This document shows positions 24,134 through 35,734 of a DNA stretch of 64,000 bases, in pieces. The stretch spans positions 13,309,579 through 13,373,578 of the forward strand of contig NC_043026.1 of NCBI RefSeq assembly GCF_006345805.1, in the 5' to 3' direction. Numbering within the stretch: the first letter of the stretch is position 1; each line of letters opens with the position of its first letter. The position numbers were made by a program, and so were the translations under genes. A model generated the notes under the pieces. That model worked only from the letters and a program-made list of their open reading frames with translations, was not told the DNA's origin and ran no database searches. This DNA comes from Octopus sinensis (taxonomy: Eukaryota).

Positions 24134-24235
24134 TTAGATAAAAAAAAAAAACCCGGAGCAGTGTCTCGAATGCTTCGGTAATACCGGCGTCAAGGGGTTA
24201 ATGAAGTTTGAATATTATTGTAGAGGTGTGTTTAA

Positions 24236-24804
24236 CCCTTTCGATACCAAACTGGCTGAAACTGGCTCTGGCTCTGTAGTACAAATGTCTTGTTTTCATA
24301 AGTTTTGAATTAAAATCTTCCTCAAAACCTTAGTCACAATTTATGTTCTTAACAATATTTTACTAAATTCTTTGTTATATTTAAAACTAATTGAAAGAAA
24401 CATCTCAACAGAAATATGGTAACAAAAGGGTTAAGAAGAAAAATAATCAGCAGAAGACATGAGAGAAAGAGACCTCAATGTGGTCACTCTATATGCTAGA
24501 AATGATAGCCTAAATTTCCTTCAATCCACACCCTCTCAACTGCTTCTAATGTCCATCTGCCCAAATGTAGAAGTGTTTTTAACCCTTTCAATACCAACCC
24601 GGTTGAAACCACCTCTGGCTCTGTAGTACAAATATCTTGTTTTCATAAGTTTTGAATTAAAAATCTTCCACCAAACCTTAGTCACAATTTATGTTCCTAA
24701 CTCTAGCTTAATGATAACTAAGTTATTTTACTAAATTCTTTGTTATATTTAAAGTAATTGGAAGAAACACAGAGCATCTCAAAATAAATACAGTAACGAA
24801 AGGG
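24236..24804 (+). mobile_element. piggyBac-type MITE pair (24236-24430, 24583-24804) with the same spacer as 3737-4327
   Basis: TTAA/CCCTTT termini; ~150-bp spacer matches 3961-4102. Confidence 0.8.
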
Positions 24805-24825
24805 TTAAATGTTAATTTGACAACC

Positions 24826-25140
24826 TGATGTGCCGGTGGCACGTAAAAAGCACCATCCGTTCGTGGCCGTTTGCCAGCCTCGCCTGGCCCCGTGCCGGTG
24901 GCACGTAAAAAGCACCATCCATCCGTTTGCTAGCGCCGTCTGGCACCTGTGCGGGTGGCACGTAAAAAGCACCCACTACACTCACGGAGTGGTTGGCGTT
25001 AGGAAGGGCATCCAGCTGTAGAAACATTGCCAGATCAGACTGGGCCTGATGCAGCCTTCTGGCTTCACAGACCCCAGTTGGACCGTCCAACCCATGCTAG
25101 CATGGAAAGCGGATGCTAAATGATGATGATGATGATGATG
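24826..25140 (+). mobile_element. RTE-tail SINE/retroposon
   Basis: gtgccggtggcacgtaaaaagcac...ggttggcgttaggaagggcatcc...tgatgatgatg tail. Confidence 0.8.
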
Positions 25141-25255
25141 CTGACAGAAATGCATGTATTTTGGTTGTGTGTTTAAAACAATGAAGTGAACATCTTTAAA
25201 ATTTAAAATTTTCACAGAGCTGTACGTTTTCTTTGTATTTCATTATAGATTCACT

Positions 25256-28200
25256 ATGGAAGGCAATACAGGAAATACTTCAAGAATACTTAAGCCTCAG
25301 AAAACAAGTTTTTGTGATGAAGGAGGAGTCTACAATCAAAAGTGCAGATATTGGAGAGATGATATTTTAGAGACGGAAACCTCACAGAACCAATCTTCGT
25401 ATCAGCCAACAACGAAACAAGACAGACATAAAGAAGACTGTGAAAAGTGTAAAACAATTGGAAGACGAGTTGTTTTGGACAAATGCATGCATTATACAAG
25501 ATTCAATGCGTATGAAGACAAAATTAACATGTTGGTGAATTCTCGGGAAAAAATCTGTGCCATTTTAAAAAGTGTAGGGTTGGATAAAAGCAATTTTCTA
25601 AAAGATTTTACACAGAGAATTGAAATTTTGCAGAAAAACGTTAAGAAATGTGATTACAGTCAAGATTTTATTATCTTTGGACAACTTGAATGTTTTCTGG
25701 AACAATATGTAAAGAAAAATGTTTTGCAACACAAACACAGAAGCATTGAGGCGCCAAAAATAACTGACAAATTCCGACCTCTTTGTCCAGTTGTGACCAG
25801 AGAAGCAATGTTCACTGAATCTGATGAAGGCTTCAGCAACATTATATCCAATATTGTCGTTATACAGGGTGGAGTTGTGACATATTCCCGTCATTATATG
25901 ACAGTGTGTTGTGTGAAAATGAACGGTAACAGAAATGAAGTCCACTGCCCATCTTCTGTCACCGATTTTACCAGAATCGGTAAAGACACTGTACTGGCCA
26001 CCCTTCCATTTAGGAAAATTATTCTAATTATCAGCCCCTCAAGTCTTAAAATTCAAACGCTTCAATTAGGCTTTTACAGGGTTTCGTACTTAGAACATTC
26101 TACAGTTATAGGTGTAGAAATGTTCGGTAAGACTGTAAATTTTATTGATTGGGAAGATAGTAAAATCACAAAGCAATTCCTCGTCAAAGAGGCACCATCA
26201 GCTATTGTTGTAGGTCCACAGAATAAGCTGTTGCTATCATTTTCAAATACCAACATAGTTGCTTGTTATAACCTAGATGGCCAGCAGATATTTGAAGTGT
26301 GTACCCATTCTCTGGAACTTCCAACCAACATAACTGCATACCAAAACCATTTTTATGTCCTCCAGGGACATATTATTTATAAGCTTTCAGGCACTGGTGG
26401 TATGTCAAAGAAAGAAATTGGCGTGAAAGGTCGGAATATCTCTGTTGACTCGAGTACAATTTTCTTGGTTGATTATTTTGGTATTCCTCATGCTGTAAGA
26501 ACTACTGAAGACTTTTGGCCCAGGTTGTCTTACTCCAACCAGCTACATACTCCCACTTTCTACAACCAGATTTATGTTGAGGATTATTATGATATTACAA
26601 ATATTCTACCTATGTCAACATCTTCTATGTTAATAATCTCCAGGAATAAGAAAGCCATATTATTCACTGACATTGGAGGAAAAATTCGCCAGAATTATTC
26701 ATCTTTTCCCTTCTTTCCTTCTGTCTTTTGTAGATTGAACTCAAAAACATTTTTGATTTTTTACTCTGAAATTAAAGCACTTCAGTATGTCACATGTCCT
26801 GAACTAACCAAAATCCCTTTAATTAAGGTCCACGCTGAATACATTAAAATATGTCATATTGTATCCAATAAGTGTTTAGCTGTGACCACCACTGAAAACA
26901 AAGTGGAAGTACATATCATGTTGATTAAGGAGGACCAAGTTGACATTATGGAAAGAATTTCTCTGGGTCATGAAAATGTCACCATTGCTGCAACTCCTAT
27001 TAATTTTGTGGTCGTAGATGGAAAGAAAAATAAACTGGTGTTTTATTCCACATGTGGTGAAGAACTTTTTGAAAAATCCCTTCCATGCTACGGCTACCCT
27101 CATCACATCTACTCTGACAATGTTTATTACTATGTTGTGTTCAAGAGAGAGTCTGTTGTAATATGTTACAATATATTTGGTGAAATTAAATGGCAGTGGA
27201 AACTACCCCTAACTGCCCCCTCTCACATTGCTGTCTCCCAAGGAACAGTTTATGCAGTGGACCTTGCACTCAATAGGGTCCTGCTTTTCAAATGTCATGA
27301 CGGGTCCAGCTGTAGTTTACGCATCAAAAATCCTTATATCAGAAATCTAAATATACAGCTCAAAGAAAAGGAAGAGAAACTTCTCATTGCCAAAATATGT
27401 CATCTCCCAAACGGACAGTTGGTGGTGTCCGACATAAATAATGATTGCTTGTTTTACATTTCTAAAGAAGGAGACATTGTGTCTAGATTATCTCTGCCAT
27501 CCGCAGCTACAGATATATGCCAATGGGACTGTAATCAAATAGGTATCACATTGCCCCTGGAGAGACAATTAAGGGTTATTGAAAACTTATCAAAGGCAGT
27601 TAGAACTGTATCATTTACCCACCCTTATGTACGAGTATGTAAGCTGGGTAACGGTCAAATGGTTTCTTATTGCGATAAACCATCTCATTTAGATATTTTA
27701 AACATTAAAAATTATAATCAAGTCGAAATCATTCATAGAATTAATATCCCTTTTGTAGTGAAATCATTATCAATAGACAAGGAAACACTAAAGCTATTGA
27801 TTGTTACTAGGAAAAAAGTATTTCAGTACAACGGTAGTGGTGGTAGTGGCAGTAACAGTAAGATGGTCCCTAGTGTTTTACTGTCGCATATGAAACCCTC
27901 CCTCGATATCTTTGGTGGATGTATTGATAAATTGTTTGTTTATCTAATTGACAACAGCCGTATGTTTGCTATGACTGATCATAACCTGGTGGTGAGAGAT
28001 CACATTACTAATAAACTGGTAAACATGTACGCCGACCTGGTTGATGTATTTTCCAGAAACATCTGTGTCGGTGAAATGTTGTCTTCGACTTTATATCTCG
28101 AGGATCTGACAGTTTCTGAAGAAGCTAGACATATTGATGTTGTCCCTCCAGGTCTTCGAAACAGGGAACCGATGAGAATTGACAATTCAATCATTACTGA

Positions 28201-30661
28201 AAATAACCTGATTGCAGTATATGACAGTAATAATAAAAACATTATGATATTCACATTTGACGGTCAACTTCTGGATTCTGTCAAACTGAATGTCAGCTAC
28301 TTAATCGATATGTGTCAATGGCAGTCAAACACATTGGCTATTATGACTGGTGGTTCTGATGACGATGTTGATGATGATGACAACGATGATGATAGTGGTG
28401 ACGATAATGACAATGATGATGATAGTGGTGAAGATGATGACAATGATGGTGAAGATGATGACAACGATGATGATGCTGTTGAACACCAACTGTTGACATT
28501 AAAAGTGGAATTTCCACTGTCATTTGTAAATTACCAGACAAGCAGTAAATACTGCTGCATTGCTTCTTTGTCAAACAACCAACTGGTGTGTAGTAAATGG
28601 CGAGACGAATGTAATTTGTATGTTGTCGATATTGACGAAATACATTTGACGGTCAATGAAAATAAACAAATAGACATACCTGAGATATTAACGAGATACA
28701 GTCATGGGGGTAGTAATTATATTAACGAGATCTATAATGTTGTAATTAATGCTAATGATGCCATCATTGTCCATAATAAAAGATTCATCATTTTCTTCAA
28801 CAGTGATGGTCAGTATTTACATTCAGTTAGAACCTACCGAGATTATTTTGGGTTTTATAACGTGACACTCGATGACGGTTTTTTGTTCATTCATGGTTGG
28901 TGGGAAAGATATTTTAGTGACTACAGTGAATATAAAAACATTGTGTGTTTGACCCAGAATGGGGAATACAACAGAATATTTTTGAATAAAAGAATTTATA
29001 AAGATAAGGTAGATTTCTCCTGTATAAACTGTAAAGGGCCGAGGTTTATTGGAAGCTACAGGTATAATGATAGTAACAAATTGTATGTTGAAGGTTTGTT
29101 TAAGGCTAATCGGGAAAGGTTCGACGTCTGTCGTTTACAGACAGACAATTGCCCTGTTCAAGTAAAAGATCTTGATATCTCCGATGATGGACAAATAGTT
29201 GTATGTGAAAAAGCCAATAATGGAAATGTTAAAATATTTGATAGAAATAGGCAATTGCTATGTCACAGAGATATTGGAAGTTTAGTGGGTGGTGTGTGTT
29301 TTACAGGAGAAAGAGACATAATTATCACAGTTCCTGACAGACAAGAAATATTTCAACTGAAGCAACAAGATTTGGTGAATCATAAAGTTTGGGAAAGTCA
29401 AGTACCTTATGGTGTAATATGGAGAAAAGTGGGGAATATTTACTGGTGTGTACATATTAACTTGAGTGAATGTCATTGGTTAAAGATCGATGGAGACCAA
29501 TTGGAGGTTCTAGAATCTATATCATTATCAAAGCTTGATTCTGGTCTTCGTTTCCCTTCTATTTCATCTCAGACGAACAACGAAATGTACAGTAGTGAAT
29601 TAATTAAATTGAAATACAGGGGAGAAGATGGAGAAGAAAGAGGTAGATCAGGTGAAATAGATGGTAAAGGTAGATTTATGGTTAGATGTGGTAATTACAT
29701 AGCGGAGAGTATGTCAGGGTTTGATGAAATATCTGTGAGGAAACTGCCATATAGAACAGCAATGGTCCCGCTTTCCATTCCTTCATTCGAGGAACCTGTT
29801 GATTATGATATTGAGGATGCCAAGGACTACAACAGTAAACTAATTAAGTTAGATGAGAAGGTGAGTGTGTTTATGTTTAGAAACACTGTCACGGTAATCA
29901 CCGCAACAGGTGATATACTGCAACATAAACAACTACCACAACCTCAACCACCACTAGACATATGTTGGTGGACAGATGAATGTTTCATAGTTGCCTTTGG
30001 TGAACAGCTGATGTTCTTTGAAAGGGATCTCTGTCGTTTAAAAACCATCAATACTAAGAAATACTACAACAGGATTTATAAACACAGCGACAATCAACTT
30101 GTGTGTGGTGGTCATGAGATTGGAGACAGAACTAAAGAGGGAAGATGCTGTTACAACTACTATGTAGATATAGTTGATATTGATGGTGGGACATGTAAAT
30201 ATAATTGTGGGGTGTGTTCTGGAGTGGATGTGCTGAAGAAAGAGCGAGGGGTATTGGTGTGTGATATAGCAGTGACGTCTGGTGGGGATATTGTTATTGT
30301 GAAATGGAAGGATTGGCAGAGGTGGAGTGGTGGTCACTATTTAATCTGTTGGTACCGGGATCAGTTGTTGGTCAGGAGTATAAAACTACAGCCAGGTTTT
30401 GATAGGGATTATATATACAGACCATGTCTAAACATACATGGCGAATATGTTTATATAACAGACATATATAACAATATTTACCAGATACCTGGAGATATTC
30501 CACACGAAACGGCTGAAAGTATAAAACAATATTTATTCCTTGATGGTCAAGATAATGAAGTCTTCACAGTTCTTGGGTTTGGTATTTCAGACAATTCCTT
30601 CTTCATTTTTGGAATTATTCCAGGACGTCAGTCCTTTGCTTTCTTCCATTATGACAAATAA
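25256..30661 (+). CDS. Intronless 1801-aa protein: Cys-containing/helical N-terminus plus six tandem NHL-like beta-propeller modules (TRIM-NHL-related)
   Basis: 5.4-kb uninterrupted ORF, strong Kozak context (cactATGG), acceptor tttcattatag at 25247-48. Blade motifs recur at aa ~194, 445, 709, 973, 1301 and 1527 (e.g. ICHLPNGQLVVSD, LDISDDGQIVVCE, DICQWDCNQIGITLP, DICWWTDECFIVAF). Confidence 0.85.
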   Translation: MEGNTGNTSRILKPQKTSFCDEGGVYNQKCRYWRDDILETETSQNQSSYQPTTKQDRHKEDCEKCKTIGRRVVLDKCMHYTRFNAYEDKINMLVNSREKICAILKSVGLDKSNFLKDFTQRIEILQKNVKKCDYSQDFIIFGQLECFLEQYVKKNVLQHKHRSIEAPKITDKFRPLCPVVTREAMFTESDEGFSNIISNIVVIQGGVVTYSRHYMTVCCVKMNGNRNEVHCPSSVTDFTRIGKDTVLATLPFRKIILIISPSSLKIQTLQLGFYRVSYLEHSTVIGVEMFGKTVNFIDWEDSKITKQFLVKEAPSAIVVGPQNKLLLSFSNTNIVACYNLDGQQIFEVCTHSLELPTNITAYQNHFYVLQGHIIYKLSGTGGMSKKEIGVKGRNISVDSSTIFLVDYFGIPHAVRTTEDFWPRLSYSNQLHTPTFYNQIYVEDYYDITNILPMSTSSMLIISRNKKAILFTDIGGKIRQNYSSFPFFPSVFCRLNSKTFLIFYSEIKALQYVTCPELTKIPLIKVHAEYIKICHIVSNKCLAVTTTENKVEVHIMLIKEDQVDIMERISLGHENVTIAATPINFVVVDGKKNKLVFYSTCGEELFEKSLPCYGYPHHIYSDNVYYYVVFKRESVVICYNIFGEIKWQWKLPLTAPSHIAVSQGTVYAVDLALNRVLLFKCHDGSSCSLRIKNPYIRNLNIQLKEKEEKLLIAKICHLPNGQLVVSDINNDCLFYISKEGDIVSRLSLPSAATDICQWDCNQIGITLPLERQLRVIENLSKAVRTVSFTHPYVRVCKLGNGQMVSYCDKPSHLDILNIKNYNQVEIIHRINIPFVVKSLSIDKETLKLLIVTRKKVFQYNGSGGSGSNSKMVPSVLLSHMKPSLDIFGGCIDKLFVYLIDNSRMFAMTDHNLVVRDHITNKLVNMYADLVDVFSRNICVGEMLSSTLYLEDLTVSEEARHIDVVPPGLRNREPMRIDNSIITENNLIAVYDSNNKNIMIFTFDGQLLDSVKLNVSYLIDMCQWQSNTLAIMTGGSDDDVDDDDNDDDSGDDNDNDDDSGEDDDNDGEDDDNDDDAVEHQLLTLKVEFPLSFVNYQTSSKYCCIASLSNNQLVCSKWRDECNLYVVDIDEIHLTVNENKQIDIPEILTRYSHGGSNYINEIYNVVINANDAIIVHNKRFIIFFNSDGQYLHSVRTYRDYFGFYNVTLDDGFLFIHGWWERYFSDYSEYKNIVCLTQNGEYNRIFLNKRIYKDKVDFSCINCKGPRFIGSYRYNDSNKLYVEGLFKANRERFDVCRLQTDNCPVQVKDLDISDDGQIVVCEKANNGNVKIFDRNRQLLCHRDIGSLVGGVCFTGERDIIITVPDRQEIFQLKQQDLVNHKVWESQVPYGVIWRKVGNIYWCVHINLSECHWLKIDGDQLEVLESISLSKLDSGLRFPSISSQTNNEMYSSELIKLKYRGEDGEERGRSGEIDGKGRFMVRCGNYIAESMSGFDEISVRKLPYRTAMVPLSIPSFEEPVDYDIEDAKDYNSKLIKLDEKVSVFMFRNTVTVITATGDILQHKQLPQPQPPLDICWWTDECFIVAFGEQLMFFERDLCRLKTINTKKYYNRIYKHSDNQLVCGGHEIGDRTKEGRCCYNYYVDIVDIDGGTCKYNCGVCSGVDVLKKERGVLVCDIAVTSGGDIVIVKWKDWQRWSGGHYLICWYRDQLLVRSIKLQPGFDRDYIYRPCLNIHGEYVYITDIYNNIYQIPGDIPHETAESIKQYLFLDGQDNEVFTVLGFGISDNSFFIFGIIPGRQSFAFFHYDK

Positions 30662-30734
30662 ATATGTTTCATAAATATTAACAGTTTGTTATTGTTATTA
30701 TTACTGTTACAAAATTTGGTTTACTCACAAAACA

Positions 30735-31320
30735 GTAGCGACCTGGCAGAAATGTTAGCACGCTGGGCGAAATGCTTAGCAGTATTTCGTCTGTCACTAT
30801 GTTCTGAGTTCAAATTCCGCCGAGGTCGACTTTGCTTTTCATCCATTCGGGGTCGATTAAATAAGTACCAGTTTTTGTTTGTCCCCTCTGTGTTTAGACC
30901 CTTGTGGGTAGTAAAGAAATAGGTATTTCGACTGCCGCTACATTCTGAGTTGAAATTCCGCCGAGGTCGACTTGGCTTTCCATCCTTTAGGGGTCGAGTA
31001 AATAAGTACCAGTTACGCACTGGGGTTGATACAATCGACTTAATCCATTTGTCTGTCCTTGTTTGTCCCCTCTGTGTTTAGCCCCTTGTGGGTAGTAAAG
31101 AAATAGGTATTTCGACTGCCGCTACGTTCTGAGTTCAAATTCCGCCGAGGTCAACTTTGCCTTTCATTCTTTCGAGGTCGATTAAATAAGTACCAATTAC
31201 GCACTGGGGTCGGTATAATTGACTTAATCCGTTTGTCTGTCCTTGTTTAGCCCGTTGTGGGTAGTAAAGAAATAGGTATTTCGTCTGCTGCTACGTTCTG
31301 AGGTCAACTTTGCCTATCAT
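30735..31320 (+). mobile_element. SINE family B, tandem trimer
   Basis: Three successive gagttcaaattccgccgaggtc...gtagtaaagaaataggtatttcg units. Confidence 0.85.
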
Positions 31321-31333
31321 CCCAACATAATTT

Positions 31334-31620
<287 letters not shown>

Positions 31621-31959
31621 GGAAAAAATGCAGATTATATGTTATTTGTCGTTTCGTTCTAATGGGTGATAGACAACTCAAATGAAGGCATTGTTATCGT
31701 TTTACGTGTTTATTTGCTTTACATGTTACACGAACTGTCCGACATTTAGCGTAGTAATACTTATATACTTTAGACACAGGTCGTACTGTTTACTAATAAA
31801 ATAGTGCCAAAAGTGGGGATGTATTCTACACACGTATACCTACATATACACATAGATATGAATGTGTAACATTATATTCAAGGATTTACGAAATACACAG
31901 TGTAGTGGACAATTTTACCCTTGCATAAATCACACCAGAGACATGAATTAAATGTCCCA

Positions 31960-32230
31960 AGATACATCCAGAAACATTTTTAATTATATCAAGATTTCAC
32001 AAAAGAATGGCTTTTTTCCTCTGTATGTTTTTTGCTGTGCCTTTTTAACAGGCAAAAGAAACCCCACACATTTGACAGTGGAAGGGTCTTTCTCCCATAT
32101 GAATCATTTTGTGATCAACAAGCCAAGAATTAACAGAGAATGATTTTCCACAGATTTCACATTGCCAGACAGCTTAGAAAATATTTTTCATTTTTAATCT
32201 CGTATATAGTACGCACTGGGGATTTTGACC
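31960..32230 (-). pseudogene. Second partial duplicate of the same ZNF 3' end, with internal deletions
   Basis: gatacatccagaaacatttttaattatatcaagatttcac...ggcaaaagaaacccccacacat repeated. Confidence 0.75.
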
Positions 32231-32380
32231 TTTAAATTTTGGGGTAAAAATGCAGATTATATTCGAGGATTTACGGTATATGAAATACACAGTGTAGTGG
32301 ACAATTTTACCCTTGCATAAATCACACCTGAGACATGAATTAAATGTCCCAAGAAACATCCAGAAACATTTTTAATTATA

Positions 32381-33715
32381 TCAAGATTTCACAGAATGGA
32401 TTTTTTCCCCTGTATGTTTTTTGCTGTGCCTTTTTAACTTAGCCTTACAGGCAAAAGAAACCCCACACATTTCACAGTGGAAGGGTCTTTCCCCAGTATG
32501 TTCTCTTTTATGAATGACCAGAATAGAATTATTACTGAATGATTTTCCACATATTTCACAGTGGCAGGGTTTCTCTCCTGTGTGAACCCTTTTATGTCTG
32601 GTTAAATCACTTTTATTCACAAACGACTTCTCACATATGTCACAATGATGAGCTTTCTCGTCAGCGTGTATTTTTTTGTGTGTCAATAACGCACTGTTAT
32701 TTGTAAAAGTTTTCCCACATATCTCGCAGTGGAACGGCCTTTCTCCTGTATGAATCGTTTTGTGATCAACAAGCCGAGAATTACAAAAGAATGATTTTCC
32801 GCAGGTTTCACATTGATAAGGCTTTTCTCCCGTGTGTACTCTTATGTGTTTCGTTAATTCGCTGTTAACTGCGAAATGCTTCCCACACGTTTCACAGCGG
32901 AAAGGTTTTTCCCCGGTGTGGGTCGTTTCGTGATACGCAAGACGCGAACGAACAGAGAAGAACTTACCACAGATTTCACAACGATAGGGTTTCTCCCCAG
33001 TGTGGACCCTGTTGTGACAGACAAGATGTGAAATCTGAACGAAGGATTTTCCGCAAATTCCACAGCGATACGGCTTTTCCGCAGTATGTGTCCGTTTGTG
33101 ATTTATAAGACTAGAATTAACCGAGAAGGATTTTCCACAAATTTCACAGTGGTAAGGTTTCTCCTGAGTGTGGATTTTTTGGTGCCTTGCCAAGATACCG
33201 TTAGTTGAAAAATATTTACCACAGGCGTTGCAATGGTAGGGTTTTTCCCCAGTGTGAGTACGTACGTGAGTAACCAGACTCGATTTCTGACTAAAATATT
33301 TTCCGCATATTTCACACTGAAACGGCTTTTCCCCAGAGTGTATTCTCTTGTGACTTGTTAAGTAACTATTATCGGAAAATGATTTTCCGCATATTTCACA
33401 GTGGTAAGGTTTATTTCCACTGTGGATACGCATATGTATAACAAGATGGCTATTCTGGCTGAATGATTTTCCACACTGTTCACAACGAAACGGTTTTTCT
33501 CCCGTGTGTACCCTTTTGTGTTGCGTTAAGTTACTGGATTTGCCAAATAATTTCCCACAAATTTCACAGCGAAATTTTGTGTCCAATGAATTTTGTTCAG
33601 TAGATACTTCACTGCCTAAAATCTTATCATTACTATAATTCTGCGTTACTTTATCCAAATTGGTCAAAACAGTCGAGTCGGGAATATCCAAGGGTTTAAC
33701 GTCTTCCATATTCAT
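32381..33715 (-). CDS. C2H2 zinc-finger protein, 14 fingers, MNMEDVKPL leader, 444 aa
   Basis: Fourteen C2H2 units with TGEKP-type linkers. Confidence 0.93.
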   Translation of the reverse strand: MNMEDVKPLDIPDSTVLTNLDKVTQNYSNDKILGSEVSTEQNSLDTKFRCEICGKLFGKSSNLTQHKRVHTGEKPFRCEQCGKSFSQNSHLVIHMRIHSGNKPYHCEICGKSFSDNSYLTSHKRIHSGEKPFQCEICGKYFSQKSSLVTHVRTHTGEKPYHCNACGKYFSTNGILARHQKIHTQEKPYHCEICGKSFSVNSSLINHKRTHTAEKPYRCGICGKSFVQISHLVCHNRVHTGEKPYRCEICGKFFSVRSRLAYHETTHTGEKPFRCETCGKHFAVNSELTKHIRVHTGEKPYQCETCGKSFFCNSRLVDHKTIHTGERPFHCEICGKTFTNNSALLTHKKIHADEKAHHCDICEKSFVNKSDLTRHKRVHTGEKPCHCEICGKSFSNNSILVIHKREHTGERPFHCEMCGVSFACKAKLKRHSKKHTGEKIHSVKS

Positions 33716-34169
33716 ATCAGATGTAATTTTCTTGCAACCCGTGCCAGCGCGGAAAGCGGACGTTAAACGATGATGATTGTGAATCTCTTGGGTAAACTAA
33801 GCAATATGTATATAGTTTCTAATTAATCCTATAATACTCGTAGCTGACTGCAACGGCTGTAGAAATGATTGTGGTTTTAGATTTGCAAGTCAGCTACAAA
33901 AGGATTACCATCAAAGATATTCACTCCTTATTTAGCCATTAGAATCCATATTCTTGTAACTAATTCAAGATGCAACGAAAGTTGGAAACAAAATGAAATA
34001 TTTAATCATCACGATGATGAAGCTGGCTCTTTGTTATCAGTAAACATTAATGTTTACCTTACAACGAGCCAATTACCAAGGGTTTAACGTCTTCCATATT
34101 CATACCAGATGTAATTTTCTAGGATATTGTGATGCCCTCGGGTAAACTAAGCAATATGTATATAATTTT

Positions 34170-34365
34170 ACGGCGAGCTGGCAGAAACGTTAGCCCGCCG
34201 GGCGAAATGCGTAGCCGTATTTCGTCTGCCGTTACGTTCTGAGTTCAAATTCCGCCGAGGTCGACTTTGCCTTTCATCCTTTCGGGGTCGATATAATCGA
34301 TTTAATCCGTTTGTCTGTCCTTGTTTGTCCCCTCTGTGTTTAGCCCCTTGTGGGTAGTAAAGAAA
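34170..34365 (+). mobile_element. SINE family B
   Basis: ggcgagctggcagaaacgttagc...gtagtaaagaaac. Confidence 0.8.
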
Positions 34366-34542
34366 CAAATTTGTATACAATTTTTACTTACCCCCACAAT
34401 ACACGTAGCTGAGTGTATCCTTGTAGCAGATATACAATAGTAGACAAAACTACTTTTTCTTTTTATATCTATGTTATGAAATATGGTTATGATCGAATAG
34501 GTACTGTACAGTTTTAAAAAAATATATCGAGTCCGTCTAGAC

Positions 34543-34952
34543 CAGTGGTTTTCAACCAGGGTTCCGCCAGTACAGTCCAGGGGTTCCGTAAGAAGTTATA
34601 AAAATGCTAAAATCGGCAGTAATTTTTAATTCTCCTGCGCAGATATGTGTGCATAAGACTATTAAATTATTGCACAGGGGTTCCTCGAGCCAGTGGAATG
34701 TTTCCTTGGGGTTCCGCTCCAGCAAAAAGTTAGAAAAGCACTGGTCTAACTCAGTGGTTTTCAACCAGGGTTCCGCCAGTACAGTCCAGGGGTCCCGCAA
34801 GAAGTTACAAAACTGCTAAAATCGGCAGTAATTTTTAATTCTCCTGTGCAGATATGTGTGCATAAGACAATTAAATTATTGCACAGGGGTTCCTCGAGCC
34901 AGTGAAATGTTTCCTTGGGGTTCCGCTCCAGCAAAAAGGTTGAAAAGCACTG
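34543..34952 (+). mobile_element. Two head-to-tail 201-bp hAT-type MITEs
   Basis: CAGTGGTTTTCAACC...GAAAAGCACTG termini; 8-bp flanks gtctagac / gtctaact / gtctaggg. Confidence 0.85.
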
Positions 34953-35734
34953 GTCTAGGGAATACGCAGGTCTGTGTGTGTGTGTGGTGCTATGAAATCA
35001 CAATTGATCACTATTGCAGTGGCACTAGAAATGATTGAGGTTTAAAATATGCAAGTCAACTACAAACGGAAGAAATATTATCAAAATTATTCAACCAGTA
35101 TTGTTGAGGTCGACTTTGCCTTTCATCCTTTCGGGGTCGATAAATTAAGTACCAGTTACGCACTGGGGTCGATGTAATCGACTTAATCCGTTTGTCTGTC
35201 CTTGTTTGTCCCCTCTGTGTTTAGCCCCTTGTGGGTAATAAAGAAACAGTTATTCAACCAGTATTTGGCCCCTGAAGTCCATATTCTTGTAAACGATTCA
35301 AGACGTAGCGATAGTTGGTAACAAAATCATATATTTAATCATCACAGCGACGAAGCACCGAGTCCGAACCATTTTAGCTGGTTCTATGTTATTGGTAAAA
35401 ATTAATGTTTACCTTACAACGAGATAATTACATTTGCTCAAGTAATTATAAATAGATGAAGTGCGCGGTGTAGTGGATAATATTACCCTTGCATAAATCA
35501 TACCGGAGGCATCAGTTTCATGTACATAATTCGTACAGAAACATTTTTAATATCAAATTTTAAGTTTTATCACGACTTCAAGTGTCGAAGTCAACAGTAT
35601 CATTGAAGCTGGTAGTTATATTTACATTGTGATTGCCAATTCTTCAAATAAATATACAAGTAAGAACAAAGTTCTTTCAGACTCGCCACACGAAGGGAAG
35701 TCACTCTGCACAAACTATTCAAACACTCGTTATA

